This document shows positions 49,651 through 59,054 of a stretch of 64,000 bases of DNA, one piece after another (the stretch's first letter is position 1; each line of letters starts with the position of its first letter). The notes under the pieces were generated by a model that saw only the letters and a list, made by a program, of their open reading frames with translations, was not told where the DNA came from and searched no databases. The translations under genes were made by a program, and so were the position numbers. Source of the stretch: an uncultured Candidatus Poseidoniales archaeon (GTDB lineage Archaea; Thermoplasmatota; Poseidoniia; Poseidoniales; Thalassarchaeaceae); assembly GCA_964003245.1 (NCBI GenBank), contig CAXFIU010000002.1, forward strand, positions 7,177-71,176, written 5' to 3'.

Positions 49651-52600
49651 CAGTTAGCACCTCCTAGCGCGTCATCAAGAACTTGATTAACATCGAATGG
49701 TTCACCTTTTCTACTCCTAGCAGGATCGACCTTGTCTTCACCGTATTCGAATTGAATAATTCTATCAGCAGTGTTCCTTACTGAACGCATATAATCGTCT
49801 GCTACCTTCAAATCATCCATTGCGTTAATCAATCTACGTTGCATGTATCCTGACTTAGAAGTACGAACTGCAGTATCAACTAAAGATTCTCTACCAGAAA
49901 CTGAAAGCATGAAGAACTCTGTAGGCTCGAGACCTCTCTTGAATGAAGATGATACGAAACCTTTCTCTTGAGCTCCTTTCACTCCTCTCATGAAGTGAGG
50001 TAATACTCTTTCTTGGTATCCTCTTTCTAGTCTTTTACCTCTAACCTTAGGTTGACCTATTGAGCCGGCCATCATAGCTAGGTTATCCATTGAACCTCTA
50101 GCTCCTGATGTAGCCATTAACACCGCAGAGTTATCGTCACCGAGGAATTCCTTTGCTACTTTTCCAGATTCCGCCTTACCAGAGTCTAATATATTCAGAA
50201 TATTCTCTTCCAATGTTTCTTCTGCAGTTCTACCAGGTCTTGTTTCATACCTGCGACCATCTTTACCAAACTTTTCTAGTTCGATATTTACATTATCACT
50301 TGCAGTTTTATTAATCTCTGCAATTGCTTCTTTTGCTTCAGGAGGTAAATCTTCATCATCTATACCTGTGGTAAAGCCCATGGCAGTACAAATTGCGATA
50401 GTCATCTTAGTCATTCTATTGATGAACTCAGCCCCCACATCTGGCCCATGGGTTTGAACAACGGCATCTAATAATCTACCATCTTCTGCCCCTATTCCTC
50501 TCTTATCTATTGTTCCAGTAACATTACCATCGCTCACTTGAACATGGTCGCCAGATCTACTCGTGTATTCTAGATTAAATCCTTCTGGAACGATTAGGCT
50601 GAGGACATCAGAACCAAGATATCCAGTAACACCGTCAATCTCTTTGATTTCTGGGAGTTCTCCATCCCAGCCAACAGCTCCTAAAATTTCAATTACCAAT
50701 TTTTCAGGGAGTAATTTTGTACCATGAGTAAGAAGATATGAACCTGATATGTGATCGTGGATTCCACCAATTACGGAACCACCATATCTTGGAGTAATGA
50801 TGTGTTCTTGGACCCGCATCAAAACTTTGGCCTCAGCTCTAGCTTCTTCAGACTGAATGACGTGAAGATTCATTTCATCTCCATCGAAATCTGCGTTGTA
50901 TGGTGTACAATCAGCCAAGTTAAATCTGAAGGTCTTACCTTCCATAACTCTAATTTCGTGGACCATCATCGACATTCTGTGCAAAGATGGTTGTCTATTG
51001 AATATAGTAACATCTCCATCAATCAAATGTCTTTCAATAACAACACCTGGCTTTGGATTACCGTCTCTGTCAAGAGTACTCAATCTATCTTCAACATCAG
51101 TACGATAGGATTCACCATATTCGTCCTCAACAGAAGGACTTCCGCAATGAGGACAGTTAACTTCTAAATGCTCAGGATAATCCTCATCAGGATTTGAATG
51201 CTCCCAAGCCCATCTACTGTGTATCAAAGCACGTGGATCATCAGAAGGAAGACTCTGACCTCTCATAGATCCTTCACTCTCTTCACCTCTTAGATTTGAT
51301 AATGTCTTTTCTAAATCAACACCCCACTCTTCTTCAAGTTCCCCAATGGAATTTCTCCTCATTTGTCTCTTTAGTTCTAAACCAGGAAGGAAATTAGGTG
51401 CTGGTAATACCTGATTCAAATCGGGCCTGTAGCCAGAATAAGGTTCATCATCGCTTCCGGAGTGACAATCAGGATTCATACATCTAAAACCAGCCCAAAT
51501 ATACTTCGTTCTATCAGTTATTCTTACCCTTAGAGTATCTCCACGAATAATATAGTTCACTCCAGGATGCACATCAGGCCCTCTGAGAATCATTTGTCTA
51601 AGCTGTTCCCTATTCCTATTTGTCACCCTCACAGGAACTGTCAATTCCTTAGCGGTTTTAACCGGAATTCCAACCTCATTAATACCCAAATTAGGATCTG
51701 GCGATATTACTGTTCTTGCACAGAAATTAACTCTCTTTCCAGATAAGTTAGAACGGAATCTACCTTCTTTACCCTTCAAACGCTGAGTTAAGGTCTTCAA
51801 TGGCCTTCCTGAACGATGCCTTGCAGGAGGTATACCACTGGTTTGATTATCGAAATAAGTAGTACAGTGATACTGTAATAATTCCCATAAGTCTTCAACA
51901 ATTAATTGAGGAGCTCCCGCGTCACGGTTTTCCCTTAATCTCTGATTAATTCTTAGTACATCAACCAATTTGTGTGTCAAATCATCCTCAGAACGGTCTC
52001 CACTATCTAGAGTAATAGATGGCCTAACTGTGATTGGAGGTACTGGAAGAACTTTCATGATTGTCCATTCAGGTCGACTTGAGTCTTTATCCATACCAAT
52101 AAACAATAAGTGTTCATCAGGGATTCTCTCTAACCATTCCCTAATGTCTCTGGCATTCAACTTATGTTCGCCTTTATTCTCTTTCTTTTCTTTGAAAGTT
52201 GAAGGCTTATCGAGAATAATTTTCCCTTGCTCAGAACCACAATGCATGCATATAGTTCTCTTTTTACTAGAACATTCTTTTTCTATATCTTTAATTATTT
52301 TCTTAAACTCCCTAGAGCCCACTCCGTGTTTAATCATAACATCCTTAACTCTGTCTTGATAATAATCTTGTTCGGATTTCTCGGGGTCAAGAGGGTGAGT
52401 ATTTGGTTGGTCGTGCAGCAGTATTTTGCTACATGAGTTACAGGTAGATTTCAGAGCCATCTTAATCAAATCGGTGAAACCGATATGCATAATTGGCAAT
52501 TCCAGTGCAATATGACCAAAATGACTAGGGCATTCTTCATGTTTATTACCACAAGTTTCACACCTAACACCAGGGTCAATAACACCCATCTTTGGATCCA

Positions 52601-52754
52601 TTAAACCTTGTTTGAAAGCATGTCCGTCATCGCGGTATGTATCAGCAGTCTTTACTTCAACAGCCGACATTTTACGGATTTCATTAGGTTCTAACAATCC
52701 AAATTTAATTGATTGAATCCTCTTAGGGATTTTAGCTGCGTCTCTAGCACTCAT
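49650..52754 (-). CDS. rpoA1: DNA-directed RNA polymerase subunit A' (with lineage-specific Cys-containing insertion)
   Basis: N-terminal zinc motifs ([17 protein letters not shown]). Catalytic [12 protein letters not shown]. 1034 aa including a ~130-aa insert with CMNPDC...CPHCG. Confidence 0.9.
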   Translation of the reverse strand: MSARDAAKIPKRIQSIKFGLLEPNEIRKMSAVEVKTADTYRDDGHAFKQGLMDPKMGVIDPGVRCETCGNKHEECPSHFGHIALELPIMHIGFTDLIKMALKSTCNSCSKILLHDQPNTHPLDPEKSEQDYYQDRVKDVMIKHGVGSREFKKIIKDIEKECSSKKRTICMHCGSEQGKIILDKPSTFKEKKENKGEHKLNARDIREWLERIPDEHLLFIGMDKDSSRPEWTIMKVLPVPPITVRPSITLDSGDRSEDDLTHKLVDVLRINQRLRENRDAGAPQLIVEDLWELLQYHCTTYFDNQTSGIPPARHRSGRPLKTLTQRLKGKEGRFRSNLSGKRVNFCARTVISPDPNLGINEVGIPVKTAKELTVPVRVTNRNREQLRQMILRGPDVHPGVNYIIRGDTLRVRITDRTKYIWAGFRCMNPDCHSGSDDEPYSGYRPDLNQVLPAPNFLPGLELKRQMRRNSIGELEEEWGVDLEKTLSNLRGEESEGSMRGQSLPSDDPRALIHSRWAWEHSNPDEDYPEHLEVNCPHCGSPSVEDEYGESYRTDVEDRLSTLDRDGNPKPGVVIERHLIDGDVTIFNRQPSLHRMSMMVHEIRVMEGKTFRFNLADCTPYNADFDGDEMNLHVIQSEEARAEAKVLMRVQEHIITPRYGGSVIGGIHDHISGSYLLTHGTKLLPEKLVIEILGAVGWDGELPEIKEIDGVTGYLGSDVLSLIVPEGFNLEYTSRSGDHVQVSDGNVTGTIDKRGIGAEDGRLLDAVVQTHGPDVGAEFINRMTKMTIAICTAMGFTTGIDDEDLPPEAKEAIAEINKTASDNVNIELEKFGKDGRRYETRPGRTAEETLEENILNILDSGKAESGKVAKEFLGDDNSAVLMATSGARGSMDNLAMMAGSIGQPKVRGKRLERGYQERVLPHFMRGVKGAQEKGFVSSSFKRGLEPTEFFMLSVSGRESLVDTAVRTSKSGYMQRRLINAMDDLKVADDYMRSVRNTADRIIQFEYGEDKVDPARSRKGEPFDVNQVLDDALGGAN

Positions 52755-55700
52755 TTTCTATCCTCCAGTTCAAGCCTCATGGCCACCCCGAGACTTTTCA
52801 TTTCGTCCAGAAGTAACTTGAATGCATATGATGTTTGTACAGTATGAACATCCGATCTATCACCACAAACAGGGCAAGACGTAGTCCTGCGTTTCCAATC
52901 GAAATACGCTATGTGACCGCATCCTTTGGTGTTACAAACCATCAAATTCCAGCCATCAGATTCGTCAAGTAGACGATCTTTGATTACCATTGATGCTCCA
53001 TGAGAAATCAAACAATCACGCTCCATCTCTCCGAATCTCAATCCACCTTGACGTGCGCGTCCTTCAGTAGGTTGTCTTGTGAGAATTTGAACTCTACCAC
53101 GACTTCTAGCATGTAACTTACTGCTAACTAGATGATGTAATCTCTGGTAATATATTACTCCAACGAAAACATCGGCAGGGTATTCTTCACCGGTCTCACC
53201 ACTAATCATAGTCTCTCGGCCAGTGTGATTATACCCATTTCTTAGCAATCCTGCACGTAATGATTCTTCTTTTTCACCGGTAAATGCAGTACCATCTATT
53301 TGACGGCCTTCCATAGAACCTACTTTGCCACCAATCATCTCTAGAACATGAGCTACAGTCATTCTGGACGGAATAGCGTGAGGATTAATTAGAACATCAG
53401 GAACTACTCCATTAACTGTAAATGGCATATCTTCTTCATCAACTAATCTTCCAATAATTCCTTTCTGTCCGTGTCTAGAAGCAAACTTATCCCCTAACTC
53501 TGGAATTTTATTTGTCCTTAGTGTGATTCTTACTAGTCTTCCGGAATCCAAAGATTCAGTGACGAATACATTGTCTACCCAGCCATATTCGCCGTTTCTG
53601 ACCATCATTGAAGACTCGCGACGTTCCTGAGCCTGAAGGAAAGCACCCGCTGATTCCTCAAGGAATCTAGGTGGACTTGTTTTTCCAACTAAAACTTTAG
53701 AATCAGGCGATCCACTTGTCAAAAATTCCTCTGGAACAGGTAAACCGTCTCTTTCAAGATGGGAATAACTGTTGAATGATTTTAATCCTTTAATTTCATC
53801 CAGACCTGTCCCCGGAACTTCGATTCTTTCTTCTTGACCGCCAGGGAATCTTTTATTTTCTGCATTGTATGTTCTTATGAATGATGAACGTCCAAGAGAA
53901 CGTTCTACAGATGCACGATTCATGATTACTGCATCTTGCATATTATAACCATGGTGGCTCATAATAGCAACCACAAAATTTTGTCCGCCCGGTCTTTGTC
54001 TAAATCCGGTTGATTTCATTGCCCTAGTGCCAACAATTGACTGCTGAGGATAATGCATAATGTGAGCTCTTGTATCGGGACGAAGTCTGTAATTAGAACT
54101 AGGCAGACCAAGGCTCTGCTTAACCATAGCAGTCCCTCCAGTAACTCTAGGAGTAGAGTTATGCTCAGGATATGGGACTAAAGACGCACATACTCCTAGA
54201 ATCAGTTGAGGATCTATTTCGACGTGAGTATAAACTAGAACTTTGTTCTGCTTTGTTTGTTGTAGAGTTAATTTTTCAATGTCTTCTTGATAGTAATTCA
54301 AAGGAACTGAAAACTCTTCCGTAACTGTATCGCCGTTTGGTAACTGAATCTGGGCGCTTAATTTAGCTTCTTTCTTTTCACTCATATCGCCAAGATTCAA
54401 CCATTCTACTTTAGCAGGATTAATTGGACGAGAATGTTTCGGAGAAAATTCTGGCAAGTCAAATGGCCTAGGTGCTACAAGTAAATCTTCTTCTTCTTCA
54501 GCATCAATCCATTCAACAACTCCAGTATTCACTAAATCGTTAAACGAAAGATCTCCTGCTCTCAAACCATCTAGAGTTCTCTTAGTTAAAACTAAATTAC
54601 CATCTTCAAGTACTAATAGAGGTCTCAAAATTCTTCCCCTATCTGTGTTAATGAATACGTCTTTATTTTCTGAATCGTGACGAATACTAACTTCAGGACG
54701 AATTCTTCCCGAACGGCGGCGGCGTTTGAATTGAGAAACTAATTTATTCGGCCTCTTATGCAAACCAAAAATATCACCATTAACGTGAATTCTAGAACCA
54801 TCTGCCCAACCTGCAGGAGAATCGTCTACTCCCGCTTCTTTCAATAATTCTTTAACTTCGGATTCAGCAACTTCTTCGGAAACATCAATCATTTGTGCAG
54901 CATTTTTCACCAACCCACAGTTCTGACCCTCTGGAGTTTCATTTGGACATAATCTGCCCCAATGAGTAGGGTGAAGATCCCTTGCTTCGAAATGAGGTTG
55001 GCTCCTGACTAATGGGCTCGTAACACGCCTCATGTGAGATAGCGCTGCAAGATATGTAGTTCTATCCAATAATTGACTGACTCCTGAACGGCCACCTACC
55101 CAGTTACCAGTGGCTAATGCGTGCATTATTTTTGATGTTAGAACATCCGGCCTTAGGCACGCATTAATTTTTAAATCTCTTTTTCTGTTGTGGTGACGTT
55201 CGAGCTGATACTTTAAGTCACGTGCCAATTGTTGTAAACTAACACGGAATAAATCTTCAATTAGGTCTCCAGCGAGTCGAACTCTCTTGTTAGCATAATG
55301 ATCTTTGTCGTTAGGGTCTCTGTTTGTAATAGCCATTTCCAATACTTGACGTACAATTCTTCCAAGGAAAATTGCTTTCTTTTCCCTAGCATCTGATGTA
55401 GCACCGAGATGAGGCAATAATTCTTTATCAAGCATATTTTGAATTCTGGACTCACGATATTCTTTTTGTTGGCCGTGTGCAAACTTTTTCTCAAGCCAAG
55501 CAATTGCCTCTTCGGTGTTCTCAACACCATACTCTTCATTGTCTTTAACGTCATTAAGATTTGCAACAGTATATTTCATTGCTTCAACAGGCCCTGCAAT
55601 CGCAGCGAATATTTCTCTATCATTTTCCATCCCTAGAGCTCTCATCAAAAGTACCACTGGAATTGCGGCAGTACCTGCACTTGGAATTTTAACCATTAGC

Positions 55701-56473
55701 ATTCCATCTCTTCTCTTTTCAACATTCAGAGGTTTTCTAACACCATCTTTCTGAGAGAAGATTTTGGCAACTTCAGTTTCATGAGCATACTTCTTATTCT
55801 TTTCAACAGTAACTCTGTTAGGAGCTAGGTCTTCCATAGAAATCAGAACACGTTCGGTACCGTTGATAATAAAATATCCACCAGGATCCATTGGATCTTC
55901 GCCGAACTTTCTTAGAAGCGTCTCATGATATTCAGCATCATCTGCTGAAGTATGAGGAGATAATTTCCTAGGAGATTCTTGACTGCCTGCAATATGATCA
56001 GGGTGTAAATTACAACGAGCAGAGCGAACCATTATTGGAAGATTACCGATATGCACACTTGATTCTTCTATAGAACCATGAGTTTGCCCCGGTTCGGGAG
56101 GTATATCGTCACGATAAATCACGAAATCCATATAAATTGGAGAAAAGTATGTCAATTTACGGATTCTACATTCTAAAGGAGTGGCAGGATGCTCAGCACC
56201 ATTAGCCTCTCTGATAGTTGGATTACCTAATCGTAAGCCTTTCAACCGAACATAAATCTCTTTCTCAAGAACGTCAAGCTTGATAGCTCCTCCTCCATCT
56301 TTTCCACCAGGTATCTCCTCAACAGGTTCATCAGTACCTACGCGGATATTTCGAACAATTTTTTCCATACGGCTTTTACGGCCTTCGCCACCTAAAATTG
56401 TATCATTATACGACATTAATTGATGGTTAACTAGACTTCTTCTTTGAAAATAACTTTCTACAATTTCCTTCAT
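52751..56473 (-). CDS. rpoB: DNA-directed RNA polymerase subunit B (fused B''-B')
   Basis: 1240 aa with GEMERDCLISHGA and C-terminal zinc site CNTKGCGHIAYFDWKRRTTSCPVCGD. Overlaps the rpoA1 start by 4 nt. Confidence 0.9.
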   Translation of the reverse strand: MKEIVESYFQRRSLVNHQLMSYNDTILGGEGRKSRMEKIVRNIRVGTDEPVEEIPGGKDGGGAIKLDVLEKEIYVRLKGLRLGNPTIREANGAEHPATPLECRIRKLTYFSPIYMDFVIYRDDIPPEPGQTHGSIEESSVHIGNLPIMVRSARCNLHPDHIAGSQESPRKLSPHTSADDAEYHETLLRKFGEDPMDPGGYFIINGTERVLISMEDLAPNRVTVEKNKKYAHETEVAKIFSQKDGVRKPLNVEKRRDGMLMVKIPSAGTAAIPVVLLMRALGMENDREIFAAIAGPVEAMKYTVANLNDVKDNEEYGVENTEEAIAWLEKKFAHGQQKEYRESRIQNMLDKELLPHLGATSDAREKKAIFLGRIVRQVLEMAITNRDPNDKDHYANKRVRLAGDLIEDLFRVSLQQLARDLKYQLERHHNRKRDLKINACLRPDVLTSKIMHALATGNWVGGRSGVSQLLDRTTYLAALSHMRRVTSPLVRSQPHFEARDLHPTHWGRLCPNETPEGQNCGLVKNAAQMIDVSEEVAESEVKELLKEAGVDDSPAGWADGSRIHVNGDIFGLHKRPNKLVSQFKRRRRSGRIRPEVSIRHDSENKDVFINTDRGRILRPLLVLEDGNLVLTKRTLDGLRAGDLSFNDLVNTGVVEWIDAEEEEDLLVAPRPFDLPEFSPKHSRPINPAKVEWLNLGDMSEKKEAKLSAQIQLPNGDTVTEEFSVPLNYYQEDIEKLTLQQTKQNKVLVYTHVEIDPQLILGVCASLVPYPEHNSTPRVTGGTAMVKQSLGLPSSNYRLRPDTRAHIMHYPQQSIVGTRAMKSTGFRQRPGGQNFVVAIMSHHGYNMQDAVIMNRASVERSLGRSSFIRTYNAENKRFPGGQEERIEVPGTGLDEIKGLKSFNSYSHLERDGLPVPEEFLTSGSPDSKVLVGKTSPPRFLEESAGAFLQAQERRESSMMVRNGEYGWVDNVFVTESLDSGRLVRITLRTNKIPELGDKFASRHGQKGIIGRLVDEEDMPFTVNGVVPDVLINPHAIPSRMTVAHVLEMIGGKVGSMEGRQIDGTAFTGEKEESLRAGLLRNGYNHTGRETMISGETGEEYPADVFVGVIYYQRLHHLVSSKLHARSRGRVQILTRQPTEGRARQGGLRFGEMERDCLISHGASMVIKDRLLDESDGWNLMVCNTKGCGHIAYFDWKRRTTSCPVCGDRSDVHTVQTSYAFKLLLDEMKSLGVAMRLELEDRK

Positions 56474-56485
56474 AATATCAACTCC

Positions 56486-57088
56486 TCAAGTACTCTCCAC
56501 AATTAATCGGAATGCAGTACTAGATCCAGCAGACCTACTATATCTGACTATTTTCACAATCCTGTTAGTTAGCCAACCAGCAGGAAGTTCCGAATTATTT
56601 GATTCTTCAACCTCTTTAATAGCTTGAATCGCAGGATCTGTAATTAGAACTTTGGGGAGTAATTCCTTTGCCAATCTAGTGCTTCCATCAAAATCAGTTT
56701 GGAGCATATCCCATGGAGCAAGTTGTGCTTCCTCTTGATCAACAGGAACTAATTCATGATGAGGTACTAAGAAATGATTCAGAACATTGAATCTATCTTC
56801 GCCTTGAGGTATGTCATCATCAAGAATTGATTTTCGAGAAATTGTAATTCTTCCACTTCGGCTCCTCTTCCTTGAGGCCATTTGTTCACGAATTATTCCC
56901 ATGATATTTTCGAGTTCATCATCACCAGTTTCCAAACCTACTTTCTTAGCTACTTGATCGACGGTCATTCTCTTGATTGCATCCATGTTTGCATCGTCTG
57001 CAAGTCTGTGGGCATGTTCTTCCGAGACACCCAGTTCCATTAATCTCTTTTTCGTCGAACTTTTTACTGCCAAATTAAACACCACCAT
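56486..57088 (-). CDS. rpoH: DNA-directed RNA polymerase subunit H (Rpb5 homolog) with ~110-aa N-terminal HhH-like extension
   Basis: C-terminal HFLVPHHELVPVDQEEA...LPKVLITDPAIQ...IVKIVRYSRSAGSSTAFRLIV is the RpoH signature. The N-terminus KSSTKKRLMELGVSEEHAHRLADD...VAKKVGLETGDDELENIM contains two helix-hairpin-helix-like motifs. Confidence 0.8.
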   Translation of the reverse strand: MVVFNLAVKSSTKKRLMELGVSEEHAHRLADDANMDAIKRMTVDQVAKKVGLETGDDELENIMGIIREQMASRKRSRSGRITISRKSILDDDIPQGEDRFNVLNHFLVPHHELVPVDQEEAQLAPWDMLQTDFDGSTRLAKELLPKVLITDPAIQAIKEVEESNNSELPAGWLTNRIVKIVRYSRSAGSSTAFRLIVEST

Positions 57089-57169
57089 CCAACAAAAAAC
57101 ATGGGCTTGCGAGCCAGAAATGGACTTTTAGACTGGAAATATTTGTATTATTTCGAGATGATCCTTAAC

Positions 57170-57320
57170 TATGCCGCAGGCCCATAGCATATGCTGGGCT
57201 GTCCTCGGACTGAGGGGGTATTTATCAATCTGATGGTAGAGGCATGGCTACCACTGGACAGGGGGTGCAGGTTAGGAGTTCCCAATCGGCATGCCTAAAG
57301 CAGGGTGGTCAGACATAAAC
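57170..57320. ncRNA. Candidate structured small RNA in GC-rich intergenic island between divergent rpoH and the methyltransferase-BirA gene
   Basis: ~150 nt of markedly elevated GC within a 245-nt AT-rich intergenic gap. It contains the perfect palindrome AGCATATGCT flanked by GCCC/GGGC, and long-range complementarity GGCATGG...CCAATCGGCATGCC. Strand and class are unknown. Confidence 0.25.
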
Positions 57321-57333
57321 GTTTTGAAAAAAT

Positions 57334-58731
57334 ATGCAAAAAAAGGAGGTCATTTGTATGGATTTAGGTGAAAAAGAAAATCCAATTACAGATGTTCAAG
57401 TAATGGATTTCGAATTGGGAAATGGAGAGATCATATCTCTAGAAATTCCTAAAACTGTTTATCCACCTAGGGAAGATTCAGCGTTGCTAATTGATGTCCT
57501 TAGAGATCTAAAAGGCGATGGTTTGGCAATGGAAATTGGTTGTGGATCGGGAATCATTAGTATCATTATGGCTCTGAATAATTGGGTTGTTGAAGCATGT
57601 GACATTAATCCTTATGCAATCGCTGCGGCAAAGGAAAATTCTGTAAAAGCGTGTGTGAATGGAAAAATTAATTTCAAAGAAGGAGGATTTGGAGATGAAA
57701 ACTTCTCGATACCCAATAATACCAAACTAATATTCTGGAATTTACCATATCTAAATCCACCATCGCCAGGCGAACCGAGACTAGGGTGGATAGAAGAAGC
57801 ATCGATGTCAGATTTGGGAGAGAAAGGCTGGGGTCATCATTTAGTAGATTATTTAGAAGAAAATAAAGAGAATTTAGAACCTGATTTGTTAGTAATTCTA
57901 TTACAAAGAAAATATCCAGAGAGCCCTAGCAGTACCAATTATTGGATAAAGCTTGGATGGTCTCATAGAGTGATAAAATCATTATGGATTCATAATGAAA
58001 AAATAGAAGTCGTAGCATACTGGATGCCAGGGCAAGGAGTTCCTGCAACTATTCTAGAAGAGTGTAACTCAACTATGGATGAGGCAAAAAAATTATCTAA
58101 AAATGGATGGCAGAGAATACGTACTGAAAAACAGATTGAGGGAAGAGGTCGAAGAGATTCAAACTGGTCCTCAGACAATAAAGATCTACTCGCCACATGG
58201 AACATTAGTAAAACAATTTTAGAAACAATTAGACCGGGGATTATACAAACCATAGTTGGTACGAGAATTGCAAAATTATTGCAACAATATAACAAATGGC
58301 CTAACGACATTTATGATAAAAAAGGAAAAAAAATAGGAGGGGTTTTGATAGAGATGGATAATCAAGATGAATGCCTAAGAATCGGAGTTGGAATCAATTA
58401 TTCGAATAAAAAAATCGAGGGAGGAGATGCGGTGGGATGGAGCGAAAAAATGCCTGAAACTTCTAAAATAAGTCTTTTCAACATGATTGATGCGACTTTA
58501 TCTACGTTATTTGAGGAGCACAAATTGTTAGATAATAATTTGGCATCGAATAGTATAAAAACGGAATCTTGGAGAGGAATCTCGAAATTATTATCGAGAG
58601 GATACTCGTTACGAATAAAGGATGAAAAGACGAGAGTTGTTGGCATGAATGATGACGGGGAATTAATCACATTATCTGGAAAACGAGAGAACAATACTGG
58701 GAATCTCGATAAAATATATTGGCTATTTTAG
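57334..58731 (+). CDS. Fusion protein: N-terminal HemK/Mtq2-like SAM-dependent methyltransferase + C-terminal BirA-like biotin-protein ligase catalytic domain
   Basis: MTase motif I EIGCGSGIISIIM and motif IV IFWNLPYL (NPPY-type). The BPL region has IEGRGRRDSNWSS (GRGRxGRxW), KWPNDIY and GGVLIEMD...IGVGIN, matching BirA. Confidence 0.65.
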   Translation: MQKKEVICMDLGEKENPITDVQVMDFELGNGEIISLEIPKTVYPPREDSALLIDVLRDLKGDGLAMEIGCGSGIISIIMALNNWVVEACDINPYAIAAAKENSVKACVNGKINFKEGGFGDENFSIPNNTKLIFWNLPYLNPPSPGEPRLGWIEEASMSDLGEKGWGHHLVDYLEENKENLEPDLLVILLQRKYPESPSSTNYWIKLGWSHRVIKSLWIHNEKIEVVAYWMPGQGVPATILEECNSTMDEAKKLSKNGWQRIRTEKQIEGRGRRDSNWSSDNKDLLATWNISKTILETIRPGIIQTIVGTRIAKLLQQYNKWPNDIYDKKGKKIGGVLIEMDNQDECLRIGVGINYSNKKIEGGDAVGWSEKMPETSKISLFNMIDATLSTLFEEHKLLDNNLASNSIKTESWRGISKLLSRGYSLRIKDEKTRVVGMNDDGELITLSGKRENNTGNLDKIYWLF

Positions 58732-59016
58732 ACCCATCCTTTCACGAACTAATTTTATTTTTCCAGATGAAGTAATTGTCTTAGATTTATTTTGCTGGTT
58801 AATTATATTTTTAGCATCCGTGTAGGATTCTAAAGGAATCTTAAGAATGCCATTAGATACATCGTCTATAATCTTGAAATCAAATAACTTCCAAGAAATA
58901 TTATCTAAAATTTTAGAAAAGAAATCTTCACATTTTTCCCTAGAGTTATATCGAATATCTAAATGGAAACCTATCCATCGATGCTTGCCTCTGGCGGACT
59001 TATTGACTTTAGGCAC
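58723..59016 (-). CDS. RNase P protein subunit Pop5-like
   Basis: ARGKHRWIGFHLDI...GILKIP...SSGKIKLVRERM follows the Pop5 pattern (KxRYIAFxV...GIIRC...GTIKRLKRK). Weak. Confidence 0.4.
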   Translation of the reverse strand: MPKVNKSARGKHRWIGFHLDIRYNSREKCEDFFSKILDNISWKLFDFKIIDDVSNGILKIPLESYTDAKNIINQQNKSKTITSSGKIKLVRERMGLK

Positions 59017-59054
59017 GACACATGGGATAAGTCATAGTTAACCAATGAAACGGT

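Noticed and set aside
50751-52436. Several 70-140-aa plus-strand ORFs inside rpoA'
   Set aside because: Antisense to a highly conserved RNAP subunit. No motifs.
55261-55754. Short ORFs on both strands inside rpoB
   Set aside because: Embedded in or antisense to the conserved rpoB reading frame.
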